DNA of 34,636 nucleotides from an uncultured Chloroflexota bacterium (lineage in GTDB: Bacteria > Chloroflexota > Anaerolineae > B4-G1 > DUEL01), in contig CAKZOY010000355.1 of NCBI GenBank assembly GCA_937138275.1, positions 1-34,636 of the forward strand, given 5' to 3'. Made by a program: the position numbers and the translations under genes. Numbering within the stretch: position 1 is the stretch's first letter; every line of letters starts with the position of its first letter. Of this stretch, positions 25,147 to 34,636 are shown piece by piece. The notes under the pieces are model-generated. The model saw only the letters and a list, made by a program, of their open reading frames with translations. It was not told the DNA's origin and did no database searches.

Positions 25147-25437
25147 GTGGACGGTTCTCTCGCCCGCTCTATGGCCCGGACGTTCCGGGCTCTGGCCGAC
25201 CCGACGCGCGTGCGCATCCTGGCGGCCCTCTCGGAAGAGGAACTGTGCGTCGGTGCACTGGCAGCGCGCCTGGAGATGACGCCATCGGCGATCTCCCATC
25301 AGTTGCGCCTGCTCCGCCGGATGCATCTGGTACGGCGCAGGCGGGAGGGCAAGCGCGCCCTCTACGCCCTGGACGATAACCATGTGCGCGACCTGTTTGC
25401 CGTTGCGCGAGAACACGTGCTGGAGAAATACGGATGA
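25147..25437 (+). CDS. ArsR/SmtB-family metal-sensing transcriptional repressor (alpha5-site type)
   Basis: FRALADPTRVRILAAL..EELCVGALA..L.M..SAISHQLRLLR...LV..RREGKRALYAL, and alpha5-like ligand pattern DDNHVRDLFAVAREHVLE (D-x-H-x10-H-x2-E). Start GTG 25147 lies 6 nt after GGAGG. The TTG 25087 of the track lies inside the operator. ATG 25171 is an alternative start. Confidence 0.85.
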   Translation: MDGSLARSMARTFRALADPTRVRILAALSEEELCVGALAARLEMTPSAISHQLRLLRRMHLVRRRREGKRALYALDDNHVRDLFAVAREHVLEKYG

Positions 25438-27608
25438 GTTCGCAGGATAAGAAGACCTTTCTGCTGCGGGTGGAGGGGCTGGATTGCGCTGAGTGTGCGC
25501 TCCGTCTGGAGGAGGCCGCAGCGCGCCTGCCCGGTGTGGCACATGCCGAGGTCTCCTTCGCCACCGGACGGATGCGCCTGGTCGCCGAGGACGGGGACCG
25601 GGTGATCCCCCAGGTGCAGGACCTGGCCCGGAGGATGGGGTACGAGGTTGCGCCCCCGACCACTGCCGCCGAAGAGGCGGGATGGCGGGGCCTGCTTCGC
25701 CATCGGTCCCGCCTCCTGCCCACCGCGCTGGCGGGAGCGCTGCTCATGCTGGCGCTGGTAGTCCATCTGATGGGAGGCCCGGCGTATCTGCGGGATGGTA
25801 TGCTCATCGTGGCGGCGCTGGTCGGTGGATGGCCCGTCGCCCGGGCCGGGTGGGTGGCGCTCCGCGCGACCCGCCGCCCCGATATGAATGTCCTGATGAC
25901 CGTCGCCGTGCTGGGCGCGATCGCCATCGGCGAATATGCCGAGGGCGGGGTGGTGGTCTTTCTCTTCTCCGTGGGGGAACTGTTGGAGGCGCTGACGATG
26001 GACCGCGCCCGAAACGCCGTCCGCTCTCTGATGGCGCTGCGCCCTCTGGAGGCGACCCGTCTGACGGCCGATGGGGAGGAGCGGGTGCCGGTGGAGGCGC
26101 TGGCGGTGGGGGACCGGATTCTGATCCGCCCCGGCGAGCGCATCCCGGCCGACGGGCAGATTGTGGAGGGACGGTCGGCCGTAGATCAGGCCTCCATCAC
26201 GGGTGAAGGGTTGCCGGTGGAGAAGGGGCCGGGGGATGAGGTCTTTGCCGGGACGATCAACGGCCCCGGCGCGCTGACGGTGGAGGTCACGCGTCCGGCG
26301 TCGGATAGTACGCTGGCGCGGATGGTCCATCTGGTGGAGGAGGCGCAGGAGCAACGGGCGCCCAGCCAGCGGCTGGTGGACCGGTTTGCCGCCGTGTACA
26401 CCCCCGCGGTGGTGATCGGGGCGTTGCTGGTGGCGACCGTTCCACCGCTGCTGGGGGTGGGGCCGTTCCTGGCGTGGCTCTACCGCGCTCTGGTGCTGCT
26501 GGTGATCGCCTGCCCCTGCGCGCTGGTCATCTCCACGCCGGTGGCGGTGGTCAGCGGGCTGACCGCCGCCGCCCGCGCCGGCATCCTGGTGAAGGGCGGC
26601 ATCCATCTGGAGCAACTGGCCCGGGTGCGCGCCGTTGCCTTTGATAAGACGGGCACGCTCACGCGGGGACAGCCCCAACTGGTGGGCGGTCAGTGTGGGA
26701 ACCACGTTGCCGACCGCAGCCCGCAGGAGTGTGCGGATTGTCTGGACCTGCTGGCGAAGGCGGCAGCGGTAGAGTCCCGGTCGGAGCACCCACTGGCCCG
26801 GGCGGTGGTGCAGGCAGCCCGGGAGTTGGGCGTCGCCGAACGGTACGGCCCGGCGGAGGCAGTGGAGAGCGAGCCGGGCCGCGGGATACAGGGACGGGTC
26901 GCCGGTCACGTGGTCAAGGTCGGCAGTCACGCCTACGTCCACGGCACTCGGGCGGATGAAGATGCTTTCTGTCAGCAGGTGGAGGCCGTTTCCGCCCGCG
27001 GGCGGACCGCGGTGATGGTGGAGGACGTCTGCTGCGCCAACCGTGCCTATGGAGTGGTGGCGGATGCAGTGCGGCCGGAGGCGGCGGATGTGGTGGCGGC
27101 CCTGAAAACCTTAGGGGTCCGCCATACGGTGATGCTCACCGGCGACAGCCCGGCGGTGGCGGAGCGTATTGCGCGGGATGCCGGGGTGGACGAGGTGCGG
27201 GCGGGGCTCTTGCCCCAGCAGAAGGTGGAGGCGATCGGGGAATTGCTGACTCGCCACGGGACGGTCGTCATGGTGGGGGATGGGGTCAACGACGCCCCGG
27301 CGCTGGCGCGGGCCAGCGTGGGCATTGCTATGGGCGCGGCCGGCTCCGACATCGCCCTGGAGACGGCCGATGTGGCTCTGATGGGAGACGACTTGCGCGG
27401 GCTACCCTACGTCATCCATCTGAGCCGCCGGGTGGTTGCCATCATCCGGCAGAACGTGGCTTTCTCGCTGGCAGCCAAGGGGGCGTTCCTGGTGCTGGCG
27501 GTGGCGGGCGCGGCGACCCTCTGGATGGCGGTCTTCGCCGATGTGGGCGTCTCCCTGCTGGTCATTCTCAACGGGATGCGGCCGCTGGTTTTCTCCCGGC
27601 GCGGGTAA
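25434..27608 (+). CDS. P1B-type heavy-metal-translocating ATPase (Zn/Cd/Pb-type, CadA/ZntA-like)
   Basis: N-terminal HMA domain with GLDCAECA. TM6 has CPC (VIACPCALVISTP). DKTGTLT, GDGVNDAPAL. TM7 Lys (SLAAKGAF) and TM8 Asp (FADVGVSLLVILNGMR). ATGA overlap with the arsR stop. Confidence 0.9.
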   Translation: MSSQDKKTFLLRVEGLDCAECALRLEEAAARLPGVAHAEVSFATGRMRLVAEDGDRVIPQVQDLARRMGYEVAPPTTAAEEAGWRGLLRHRSRLLPTALAGALLMLALVVHLMGGPAYLRDGMLIVAALVGGWPVARAGWVALRATRRPDMNVLMTVAVLGAIAIGEYAEGGVVVFLFSVGELLEALTMDRARNAVRSLMALRPLEATRLTADGEERVPVEALAVGDRILIRPGERIPADGQIVEGRSAVDQASITGEGLPVEKGPGDEVFAGTINGPGALTVEVTRPASDSTLARMVHLVEEAQEQRAPSQRLVDRFAAVYTPAVVIGALLVATVPPLLGVGPFLAWLYRALVLLVIACPCALVISTPVAVVSGLTAAARAGILVKGGIHLEQLARVRAVAFDKTGTLTRGQPQLVGGQCGNHVADRSPQECADCLDLLAKAAAVESRSEHPLARAVVQAARELGVAERYGPAEAVESEPGRGIQGRVAGHVVKVGSHAYVHGTRADEDAFCQQVEAVSARGRTAVMVEDVCCANRAYGVVADAVRPEAADVVAALKTLGVRHTVMLTGDSPAVAERIARDAGVDEVRAGLLPQQKVEAIGELLTRHGTVVMVGDGVNDAPALARASVGIAMGAAGSDIALETADVALMGDDLRGLPYVIHLSRRVVAIIRQNVAFSLAAKGAFLVLAVAGAATLWMAVFADVGVSLLVILNGMRPLVFSRRG

Positions 27609-27630
27609 GCGAATTGCTGCGCAAGCCCGA
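27609..27630. repeat. Solo copy of the MITE right-end motif, filling the 22-nt gap between the convergent ATPase and argH stops
   Basis: gcgaattgctgcgcaagcccga versus gcgaattgctgcacaagcccga at 25007-25028: 21 of 22 identical, same orientation. Confidence 0.75.
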
Positions 27631-29004
<1,374 letters not shown>

Positions 29005-29039
29005 AGGTGCTTCCTGCATCAGCAGAGTTGATCTTTGAG

Positions 29040-29060
29040 CCGGAGGGTTCCAGCCTCCGG
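29040..29060 (-). other. 7-bp-stem hairpin between the GXGXG gene and argH
   Basis: ccggagg gttccag cctccgg. No U-tract follows on the minus-strand transcript. Confidence 0.4.
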
Positions 29061-29075
29061 TATGGTCAATCTAAT

Positions 29076-29825
29076 CTAATATGCGTACAGCCGTCCGTAG
29101 GGACGCGAAGACAGGGGTACCAGTTTGGTGAACGGCGCAGCCAGGATTTCTTCGGCGTCCCGATTAAAGTGGGCAGCGAATTCTTGTACCAGTTGCCGCA
29201 GCAAGGCCCAATCCCCATCCTCCAGCGGCACCGAAGCTACCTCTCGCCCCAATTGATAATCCGCCACCTTGCCACGCAAGTAGATGACACCACCGTGCAT
29301 CCCGGTGCCGATGTACGTGGCGGTGTGGCACTCCCCGGGGCGAAGGGTCAGACCGAGGACGACAAGCACACCCCCGGCCATATATTCGCCCAGGAAATGC
29401 TGGGCCGTTCCGCCGATCACGATGAACGGCCGTTGTTCCTGGTACTCTTTGATGTGAATCCCCACGCGGTAGCCCACATCATCGCGCACAAAGATTTTCC
29501 CCCCGCGTATGGAGTAACCGGTCACATCGCCCGCGCGTCCGTGGATCACCACCTCACCGCCGTTCATTGTGTTGCCACAGGCATCCTGGGCATTCCCGTA
29601 GACAATGATGCGAGGCCCGTCCATAAAGGCCGCCAGGTCGTTACCCGGTGTCCCGTAAATGTGAATCTCAACGGGGCGATGCAGATTGGCGCCGATGTAG
29701 CGCTGACCGCAGACGTTGCGCAGGACAATGCACTCCGCGCCGTTCTCCACCGCCTCGCGCAGGCGAGCATTGAGGGCGCGGTAGTGCATACCATTGGCGT
29801 CAATCTCCCATCTCCCGTCCCTCAT
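29076..29825 (-). CDS. Glutamate-synthase GXGXG-domain protein (GltB domain-3-like)
   Basis: Repeated G-x-G-x-G beta-helix motifs: YGTPGNDLAAFMDGPRIIVYGNAQDACGNTMNGGEVVIHGRAGDVTGYSIRGGKIFVRDDVGYRVG. Confidence 0.8.
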   Translation of the reverse strand: MRDGRWEIDANGMHYRALNARLREAVENGAECIVLRNVCGQRYIGANLHRPVEIHIYGTPGNDLAAFMDGPRIIVYGNAQDACGNTMNGGEVVIHGRAGDVTGYSIRGGKIFVRDDVGYRVGIHIKEYQEQRPFIVIGGTAQHFLGEYMAGGVLVVLGLTLRPGECHTATYIGTGMHGGVIYLRGKVADYQLGREVASVPLEDGDWALLRQLVQEFAAHFNRDAEEILAAPFTKLVPLSSRPYGRLYAY

Positions 29826-29834
29826 AGGTACCTC

Positions 29835-30959
29835 CTACGAGACACAGGTATAGAGGGAGCTTTCCACGCACCATACCGCCTCTTCCCGCGGGGATTCGCC
29901 CAGCCGTCCTATGATGGGTTCGCCCCCCACCGGGGTCCATACCCGCTCCGGCTGCGGGCAGATCAGGCGGATCGGCGCCTCCTCCGACGCCAGGTACAAT
30001 CGGTCGCCGTGGATGGCTGCCGTCAACGGCCGCAGGCGGATACGGTCGGTTAAGCCGATCATCTCCCCCTGACGGGCGATAATCACTGTGAAGGGGCCGT
30101 TGATCAGCAGGGGGCCGTACACCTGCCGCAGGGCACGCATCAGGGCTTGCTCCTCCGGATCCATCCGCGCGATCTCATCCCACAGGGGCGCCGCCATCAC
30201 CCGGACAGCTATCTCCACCGGCAGCCCCTGGCGACGCATCAGGAAATCGGCGGCATAGGCAATCACTTCCGTATCGGTCTGCATGGTGCAGTGATACCCC
30301 ATCATCTCCAGGTAGCGGCGGTTCGTGCCGTAAGAGGAGATCTCGCCGTTGTGTACCACTGTCCAATTCAGCAGGCCGAAGGGATGGGCACCGCCCCACC
30401 AGCCGGGGGTGTTGGTGGGGAAGCGCGTGTGGGCGGTCCACAGGTAGCCGCTGTATTCCTCCAGCCCGAAGTATTCGGCGATTTGCTGGGGATGCCCCAC
30501 CCCTTTGAAAACGCCCACATCTTTGCCGCTGGAGTAGATATAGGCACCCAGCCCCGCCGTATTGACCCGCATCACCCGATCCACGACGCATTCCGCTTCG
30601 TCAAAGGGGACCCTTCCCTTCGTCTGGAAGGAAAGATGGGCCGAATCTGGCAACTGTAGAAAATAGCGCCAGATCAACGGCGGGTTGGGCAGGTCGGTCA
30701 CAGGCTGGTGGGGCACTTCTTCGGCATGGACCCAGGTGAAATGCTCGCGCAGGAACGCTTCCACCTGGGAGCGGCTGTCGGGCCTGGTGTACATCACGTG
30801 GAAGGCATAGCAATCTGCATACTGGGGGTAGCAGCCGTAGACGGCGAACCCCGCGCCCAGCCCGTTGCCGCGTTCTTCCATATTGGAGATACCAACCACG
30901 ATATCGTGCCCGGAGAAGCACCGGCCGCTGGTATCCATAATACCGATGAGTCCGCACAT
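29835..30959 (-). CDS. Class II (Ntn) glutamine amidotransferase, GltB domain-1-like
   Basis: MCGLIGIMD... has the catalytic Cys directly after Met. RFPTNTPGWWGGAHPF...VVHNGEISSYG. Confidence 0.85.
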   Translation of the reverse strand: MCGLIGIMDTSGRCFSGHDIVVGISNMEERGNGLGAGFAVYGCYPQYADCYAFHVMYTRPDSRSQVEAFLREHFTWVHAEEVPHQPVTDLPNPPLIWRYFLQLPDSAHLSFQTKGRVPFDEAECVVDRVMRVNTAGLGAYIYSSGKDVGVFKGVGHPQQIAEYFGLEEYSGYLWTAHTRFPTNTPGWWGGAHPFGLLNWTVVHNGEISSYGTNRRYLEMMGYHCTMQTDTEVIAYAADFLMRRQGLPVEIAVRVMAAPLWDEIARMDPEEQALMRALRQVYGPLLINGPFTVIIARQGEMIGLTDRIRLRPLTAAIHGDRLYLASEEAPIRLICPQPERVWTPVGGEPIIGRLGESPREEAVWCVESSLYTCVS

Positions 30960-31007
30960 ATTTACCCTCCTTATCTGGCTGGATTTTGCTTTCGCTGCAG
31001 TGAGGGG

Positions 31008-32291
31008 TTACACCTCTATCCCTTCCCCTACCACCAGATGCTTGCGGTACTCCCGCGGCAGCGAGATCAAGCCGAATTTGCCGGTCAGCAGGTGGTCCTT
31101 AAACGGGGTGACATCCACCCGATCGCGGATCAGGCCTGTGTAAATACCGGCCCGGTCCACATCGCCGATGCAGATGACCCCCACCAGGCGATTGTCCCGC
31201 AGCACCAGGCGCTTGTAAATGGGCCTTTCGCGGTCATAGCGCTCCAGCACCTCGTAGGAATCGCGATCCGGGGGGTCGGTGATGCCGACCGAGATGGTGG
31301 GCACGCCGTGCACCTCCACCGAGTTCATGGGGAACCCCCCCGCGTATTCCCGGAGAACTCCGGCCATGTTACACCCGGCAATGTATCCCTGCCGGTAAGC
31401 ATTGGGCCAGATGGCAATGGGGCGATTCACCCCCAGTAGCATATCGTAGGCCTCGGCGCAATCTCCGGCAGCATAGACGTTAGGGACTGTCGTCTGCATA
31501 TGCTGGTCCACCAGAATTCCCCGGTTGATCTGGATGCCAGAGTCCGGCGGGATCAAATCCACATTGGGCCGCACGCCGATGGCCAGCACCACCAGGTCGC
31601 ATTCCACCCGTTCCCCATCCTGGAGCACAGCATGGTCCACGCGCCCCTCTCGTCCGATGATTTCGCTCACGGTCAGGCCGAGACGGATTTCGACGCCGGC
31701 ACGGCGCAGCAATGTCTCGGCCAGTTTGGATGCGGTGCGATCAAAAGTTGTGCTCAGAATCCGGTCAGCCAGTTCCACGATAGTGACCCGAAGCGAACGG
31801 GCTATGAGGGCCTCGGCTGTCTTGAGCCCGATCAGCCCGCCACCCACTACCAGGGCGGTACGCGCGCCGTATCTTTCTATTGCCTGCTCCAGACCCCGCA
31901 CGTCCTCCCAGCGGATGAAGGTGAACACGCCCTTCAAGGAGACGCCGGGGACGGAGGGGACGAATGGGCGCCCGCCCGTGGCAATCAACAGGCGGTCGTA
32001 GGAGACGGTTCCGCCGCCCGCCAGGGTGAGCGTCTGTTCCGCCGGGTTCACCCGCACCACCTGGACTCCCAGCATAGTCTCCACCCGATGGCGGGCGTAG
32101 AAGTCGCGCGGGCGATAGGCCATCTGGCTTTCATCTATCATTCCGCCCAGCAGGTAAGAGATAAGGGGGCGCGAGTAGACATGCCATGGCTCGTCGGCGA
32201 CAACAGTGATCGGGTTCTCCGGGTCATACTGACGGATGGCCTCTATAGCGCCTACGGCGGCAGCGGAGTTACCGATAATGACATACCGCAT
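31008..32291 (-). CDS. NAD(P)/FAD-dependent pyridine nucleotide-disulfide-family oxidoreductase
   Basis: MRYVIIGNSAAAVGAIEAIR (FAD Rossmann), LVVGGGLIGLKTAEAL (NAD Rossmann), VYAAGDCAE. Confidence 0.85.
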   Translation of the reverse strand: MRYVIIGNSAAAVGAIEAIRQYDPENPITVVADEPWHVYSRPLISYLLGGMIDESQMAYRPRDFYARHRVETMLGVQVVRVNPAEQTLTLAGGGTVSYDRLLIATGGRPFVPSVPGVSLKGVFTFIRWEDVRGLEQAIERYGARTALVVGGGLIGLKTAEALIARSLRVTIVELADRILSTTFDRTASKLAETLLRRAGVEIRLGLTVSEIIGREGRVDHAVLQDGERVECDLVVLAIGVRPNVDLIPPDSGIQINRGILVDQHMQTTVPNVYAAGDCAEAYDMLLGVNRPIAIWPNAYRQGYIAGCNMAGVLREYAGGFPMNSVEVHGVPTISVGITDPPDRDSYEVLERYDRERPIYKRLVLRDNRLVGVICIGDVDRAGIYTGLIRDRVDVTPFKDHLLTGKFGLISLPREYRKHLVVGEGIEV

Positions 32292-32301
32292 CTCTCATCC
32301 T

Positions 32302-32388
32302 CCCCACAAATTCTGCCGGGATGGGGATATAGACTGGCGGGGCGGTGTCGCCGCCCCGCCAGGTCCCTTTTTTCAGCCCCTTTGTGGG
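32302..32388. other. GC-rich 12-bp-stem hairpin nested in an outer ccccacaaa/tttgtggg inverted repeat; T6 tract on the plus (non-coding) strand
   Basis: ctggcggggcgg tgtcg ccgccccgccag (32334-32362), then gtccc tttttt (T-run 32368-32373). Outer arms at 32302-32310 and 32381-32388. Confidence 0.6.
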
Positions 32389-32394
32389 TTCTAC

Positions 32395-32832
32395 CTATTC
32401 TTCATATGTTAGGGCCTCGTTGGGGCAGTGGGCGACGCAGACCGGTACTTCTTCCCCATAACACAGGTCGCACTTGGAGGCGACCTTGCGTCCGGTAACG
32501 TTACGCAAAATGGCTCCGAATGGGCAGACCATGATACACGTCCAGCAGCCAACGCAACGCTTTTCATTGCATAACACCGCCCCGGTCCGCTCGTCGCGCT
32601 GCATCGCGCCGGTGAGACAGGCTTCCACGCAGGGGGCGTCCTCGCAATGGCGGCACGGCATCGCAAAAGAGAGCGGCCCGGCCTCCTCCACCACCAGCCG
32701 GGCCAGAGGCCGGGGGGTCTCTTCCTTAAAGGCTTTGATGATTTTCCTGGACTGGGAGTGTTGGGTCAAGCAATAAATCTCACACAGTCGGCAGCCGATG
32801 CAGTATTCTTCGTGGACGATAATGCGCTTCAT
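32395..32832 (-). CDS. 4Fe-4S multi-cluster ferredoxin-domain protein
   Basis: CIGCRLCEIYC, CRHCEDAPCVEAC, CVGCWTCIMVCP, CDLCYGEEVPVCVAHCP. Confidence 0.85.
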   Translation of the reverse strand: MKRIIVHEEYCIGCRLCEIYCLTQHSQSRKIIKAFKEETPRPLARLVVEEAGPLSFAMPCRHCEDAPCVEACLTGAMQRDERTGAVLCNEKRCVGCWTCIMVCPFGAILRNVTGRKVASKCDLCYGEEVPVCVAHCPNEALTYEE

Positions 32833-32858
32833 GGTCGCTTCCCGAATGGAAAAGTCTC

Positions 32859-34376
32859 TTAACTCTCTCCTGCAGCCTTAATCCCCAGGACTCTCAATTC
32901 CACTTCGTTCAATCCCACACCCCGCAGATGGTCCCGATTGCCGCGCAGGCTCTCAATGGCGTTGATGCCCATACCGCCCAGCATCTCCTTGATCTCCAGC
33001 GACCAGGCCCGAAGGAGATTGACCAGCCGACGGGCGCCGATGTTGGGATTCAGCCGCTTGGTTAAATACGGGTCCTGAGTGGCGATACCCCAGTTACATT
33101 TGCCCGTATAGCACTTCTGGCACAGGTGGCAGCCCATAGCGACCAGAGCGGCCGTGCCGATGTAGACCGCGTCAGCTCCCAGGGCGATGGCCTTGACTAC
33201 ATCGGCGCTGGAGCGAATGGAGCCAGCGGCGATGAGGGAGACCTGGTTGCGAATGCCCTCCTGGCGCAGGCGTTCGTCCACGGCAGCGATAGCCATTTCA
33301 ATGGGGATGCCCACGTTGTTGCGGATAACGGTGGGGGCGGCACCGGTGCCGCCGCGCAGACCATCTATGGCGATATAGTCAGCGCCAGCGCGGGCGATCC
33401 CGCTGGCAATGGGCGCAATATGATGCACGGCCGCGACCTTGACACCCACCGGCTTGGTGTAGTTCGTGGCCTCTTTCAGCGCGTAGATTAACTGGCGCAG
33501 GTCTTCTATGGAGTAAATGTCATGGTGCGGCGCAGGGGAGAGGGCGTCAGTGCCCTGGGGGATCATGCGCGTGCGGGAGACGTCTTCTGAGACCTTTTCG
33601 CCCGGCAGGTGACCACCGATCCCGGGCTTGGCCCCCTGGCCGATTTTTATCTCCAGCGCCGCAGCCGTCTCCAGATATGCGCGGTGTACGCCGAAACGGC
33701 CGGAAGCCACCTGGGCAATGGTGTAGGGACCGTATTCATATAACGTGGGATGCAAGCCGCCTTCACCCGTATTATAGAGAATCCCGCACTCCTTCGCCGC
33801 GCGCGCAAGGGATAGACAGGCATTGTAACTGATGGAGCCGTAGGACATCGCCGAGAAGAGAATAGGGGTCTCCAGCACCAGTTGTGGTGCCAGCCGCGTC
33901 TCCAGCCGCATATTATCCCGGTCCTGTACCACTCCCACCTGTTCCGGCTTGCGCCCGATAAAGGTGCGCAGTTCCATCGGCTCGCGCAACGGGTCAATAG
34001 AGGGATTGGTCACCTGCGCGGCATTGAGCAGGATATGGTCAAAATAAATCGGATAGGGCTGATCGCAGCCCATGCCGGTAAGGAGCACACCGCCGGTTTC
34101 CGCCTGCTTGAAGACGCTGGTAATAATAGAGGGACTCCAGTTCGCATTGGCGCGGAACTCCTGAGGGGTGCAGCGGATAGTAAGGGCGCGAGTGGGGCAG
34201 AGCGTCGCGCAGCGATGACAGCCCACGCAGCGCGTCTCATCGCTATACACCCGGTCATCATCGGGGTCATAGACATGCACATCGTTGGCGCATTGCCGCA
34301 CACAGACCTGGCAGGCGATGCAGCGGATCTCATCCCGTTCAACATGAAACTCAGCGGTCAATAAACTGAGGCTCAT
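32859..34376 (-). CDS. Glutamate-synthase FMN-binding domain protein (GltB domain-2-like) with N-terminal 2x[4Fe-4S] ferredoxin module
   Basis: CIACQVCVRQC, CVGCHRCATLCP, then FSAMSYGSIS...GEGG...EIKIGQGAKPGIGGHLPG.KV...PHHDIYSIEDL. Start set to ATG 34376 (MSLSLLTAEFHV). The track extension to 34496 has no homologous sense. Confidence 0.8.
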   Translation of the reverse strand: MSLSLLTAEFHVERDEIRCIACQVCVRQCANDVHVYDPDDDRVYSDETRCVGCHRCATLCPTRALTIRCTPQEFRANANWSPSIITSVFKQAETGGVLLTGMGCDQPYPIYFDHILLNAAQVTNPSIDPLREPMELRTFIGRKPEQVGVVQDRDNMRLETRLAPQLVLETPILFSAMSYGSISYNACLSLARAAKECGILYNTGEGGLHPTLYEYGPYTIAQVASGRFGVHRAYLETAAALEIKIGQGAKPGIGGHLPGEKVSEDVSRTRMIPQGTDALSPAPHHDIYSIEDLRQLIYALKEATNYTKPVGVKVAAVHHIAPIASGIARAGADYIAIDGLRGGTGAAPTVIRNNVGIPIEMAIAAVDERLRQEGIRNQVSLIAAGSIRSSADVVKAIALGADAVYIGTAALVAMGCHLCQKCYTGKCNWGIATQDPYLTKRLNPNIGARRLVNLLRAWSLEIKEMLGGMGINAIESLRGNRDHLRGVGLNEVELRVLGIKAAGES

Positions 34377-34484
34377 CGGACAATTCCCGCCCCGTTGATT
34401 GAATTGCTTATGACCCCGGCCATTGAACGATTTGGCCGGATGAGTGAAGTATCGGATGCGAAGGGAAAGGGATATTAAAGGATA

Positions 34485-34512
34485 AGGATACCACAAAAGC
34501 TAATTTTGTCAA
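34485..34512 (-). promoter_or_regulatory. Sigma70-type promoter candidate for the glutamate-synthase-like operon
   Basis: On the minus strand: TTGACA (34512-34507), 16 nt spacer, TATCCT (34490-34485), about 105 nt upstream of ATG 34376 in an AT-richer region. Confidence 0.4.
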
Positions 34513-34636
34513 GTCAACAACTACTGAGTTCGTGCAGCTGGCTACCTGACAGTTTTCCAAATAGGACGCGGATGGACGCGGACAAGCAGTGTGGCTCATG
34601 TTCAAAAGCAGTGCACTTTCTCAAGGACACCTTCAC

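Noticed and set aside
25099-26942. Minus-strand ORFs of 147, 324 and 526 aa opposite arsR and the P-type ATPase
   Set aside because: Arg/Pro/Gly/Ser-rich shadow frames typical of high-GC DNA. The plus strand carries unambiguous ArsR motifs and the P1B-ATPase motifs DKTGT, CPC and GDGVNDAP.
29040-29060. Intrinsic terminator between the GXGXG gene and argH
   Set aside because: The 7-bp stem is not followed by a U-tract on the minus-strand transcript (CUCAAAGAUC). It is kept only as a hairpin of unknown role.

Overview
GC-rich bacterial window. The repeat style, the Pro/Thr linkers and the gene content suggest a Chloroflexota-like monoderm, but that is inference only. All functional calls are motif recognition by eye; no searches or computations beyond manual frame reading were possible.

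Three blocks:

(i) 1-24673: a ~24.7 kb cell-surface polysaccharide/glycoconjugate locus of 19 genes, all on the minus strand. In transcription order: OmpR-type response regulator, Wzz/BY-kinase with an unusual in-frame C-terminal excisionase-type HTH, Wzx flippase, GT4, acetyltransferase, GT2, GT4, Wzy-like polymerase, WbpD/WbpE/WbpB-like amino-sugar genes, DPM1-like GT2, WecB/WbpI-like epimerase, FAD oxidoreductase, Tat-secreted enzyme, GT39-like GT-C, GT2. The last gene is a >=1061-aa secreted protein ending in PTHTPTAT octapeptide repeats. That ORF is missing from the supplied track because it runs off the window. Many gene junctions are 4-nt ATGA/GTGA overlaps.

(ii) 25042-27608: the only plus-strand unit. 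It has a near-consensus sigma70-type promoter, an SmtB-type operator, an ArsR/SmtB repressor and a CPC-type P1B heavy-metal ATPase. It sits next to a 143-bp MITE-like element and is flanked by 22-nt repeats.

(iii) 27631-34376, minus strand: argH plus a five-gene split (archaeal/Thermotoga-type) glutamate-synthase-like cluster.

The larger intergenic gaps are packed with GC-rich palindromic repeat families. I saw no tRNA/rRNA, CRISPR array, transposase, integrase or recognisable defence genes. The most unusual items are the BY-kinase-HTH fusion behind an orphan response regulator, the His-containing PT-repeat protein next to a PMT-like GT-C, and the repeat/MITE architecture around the metal-resistance module.
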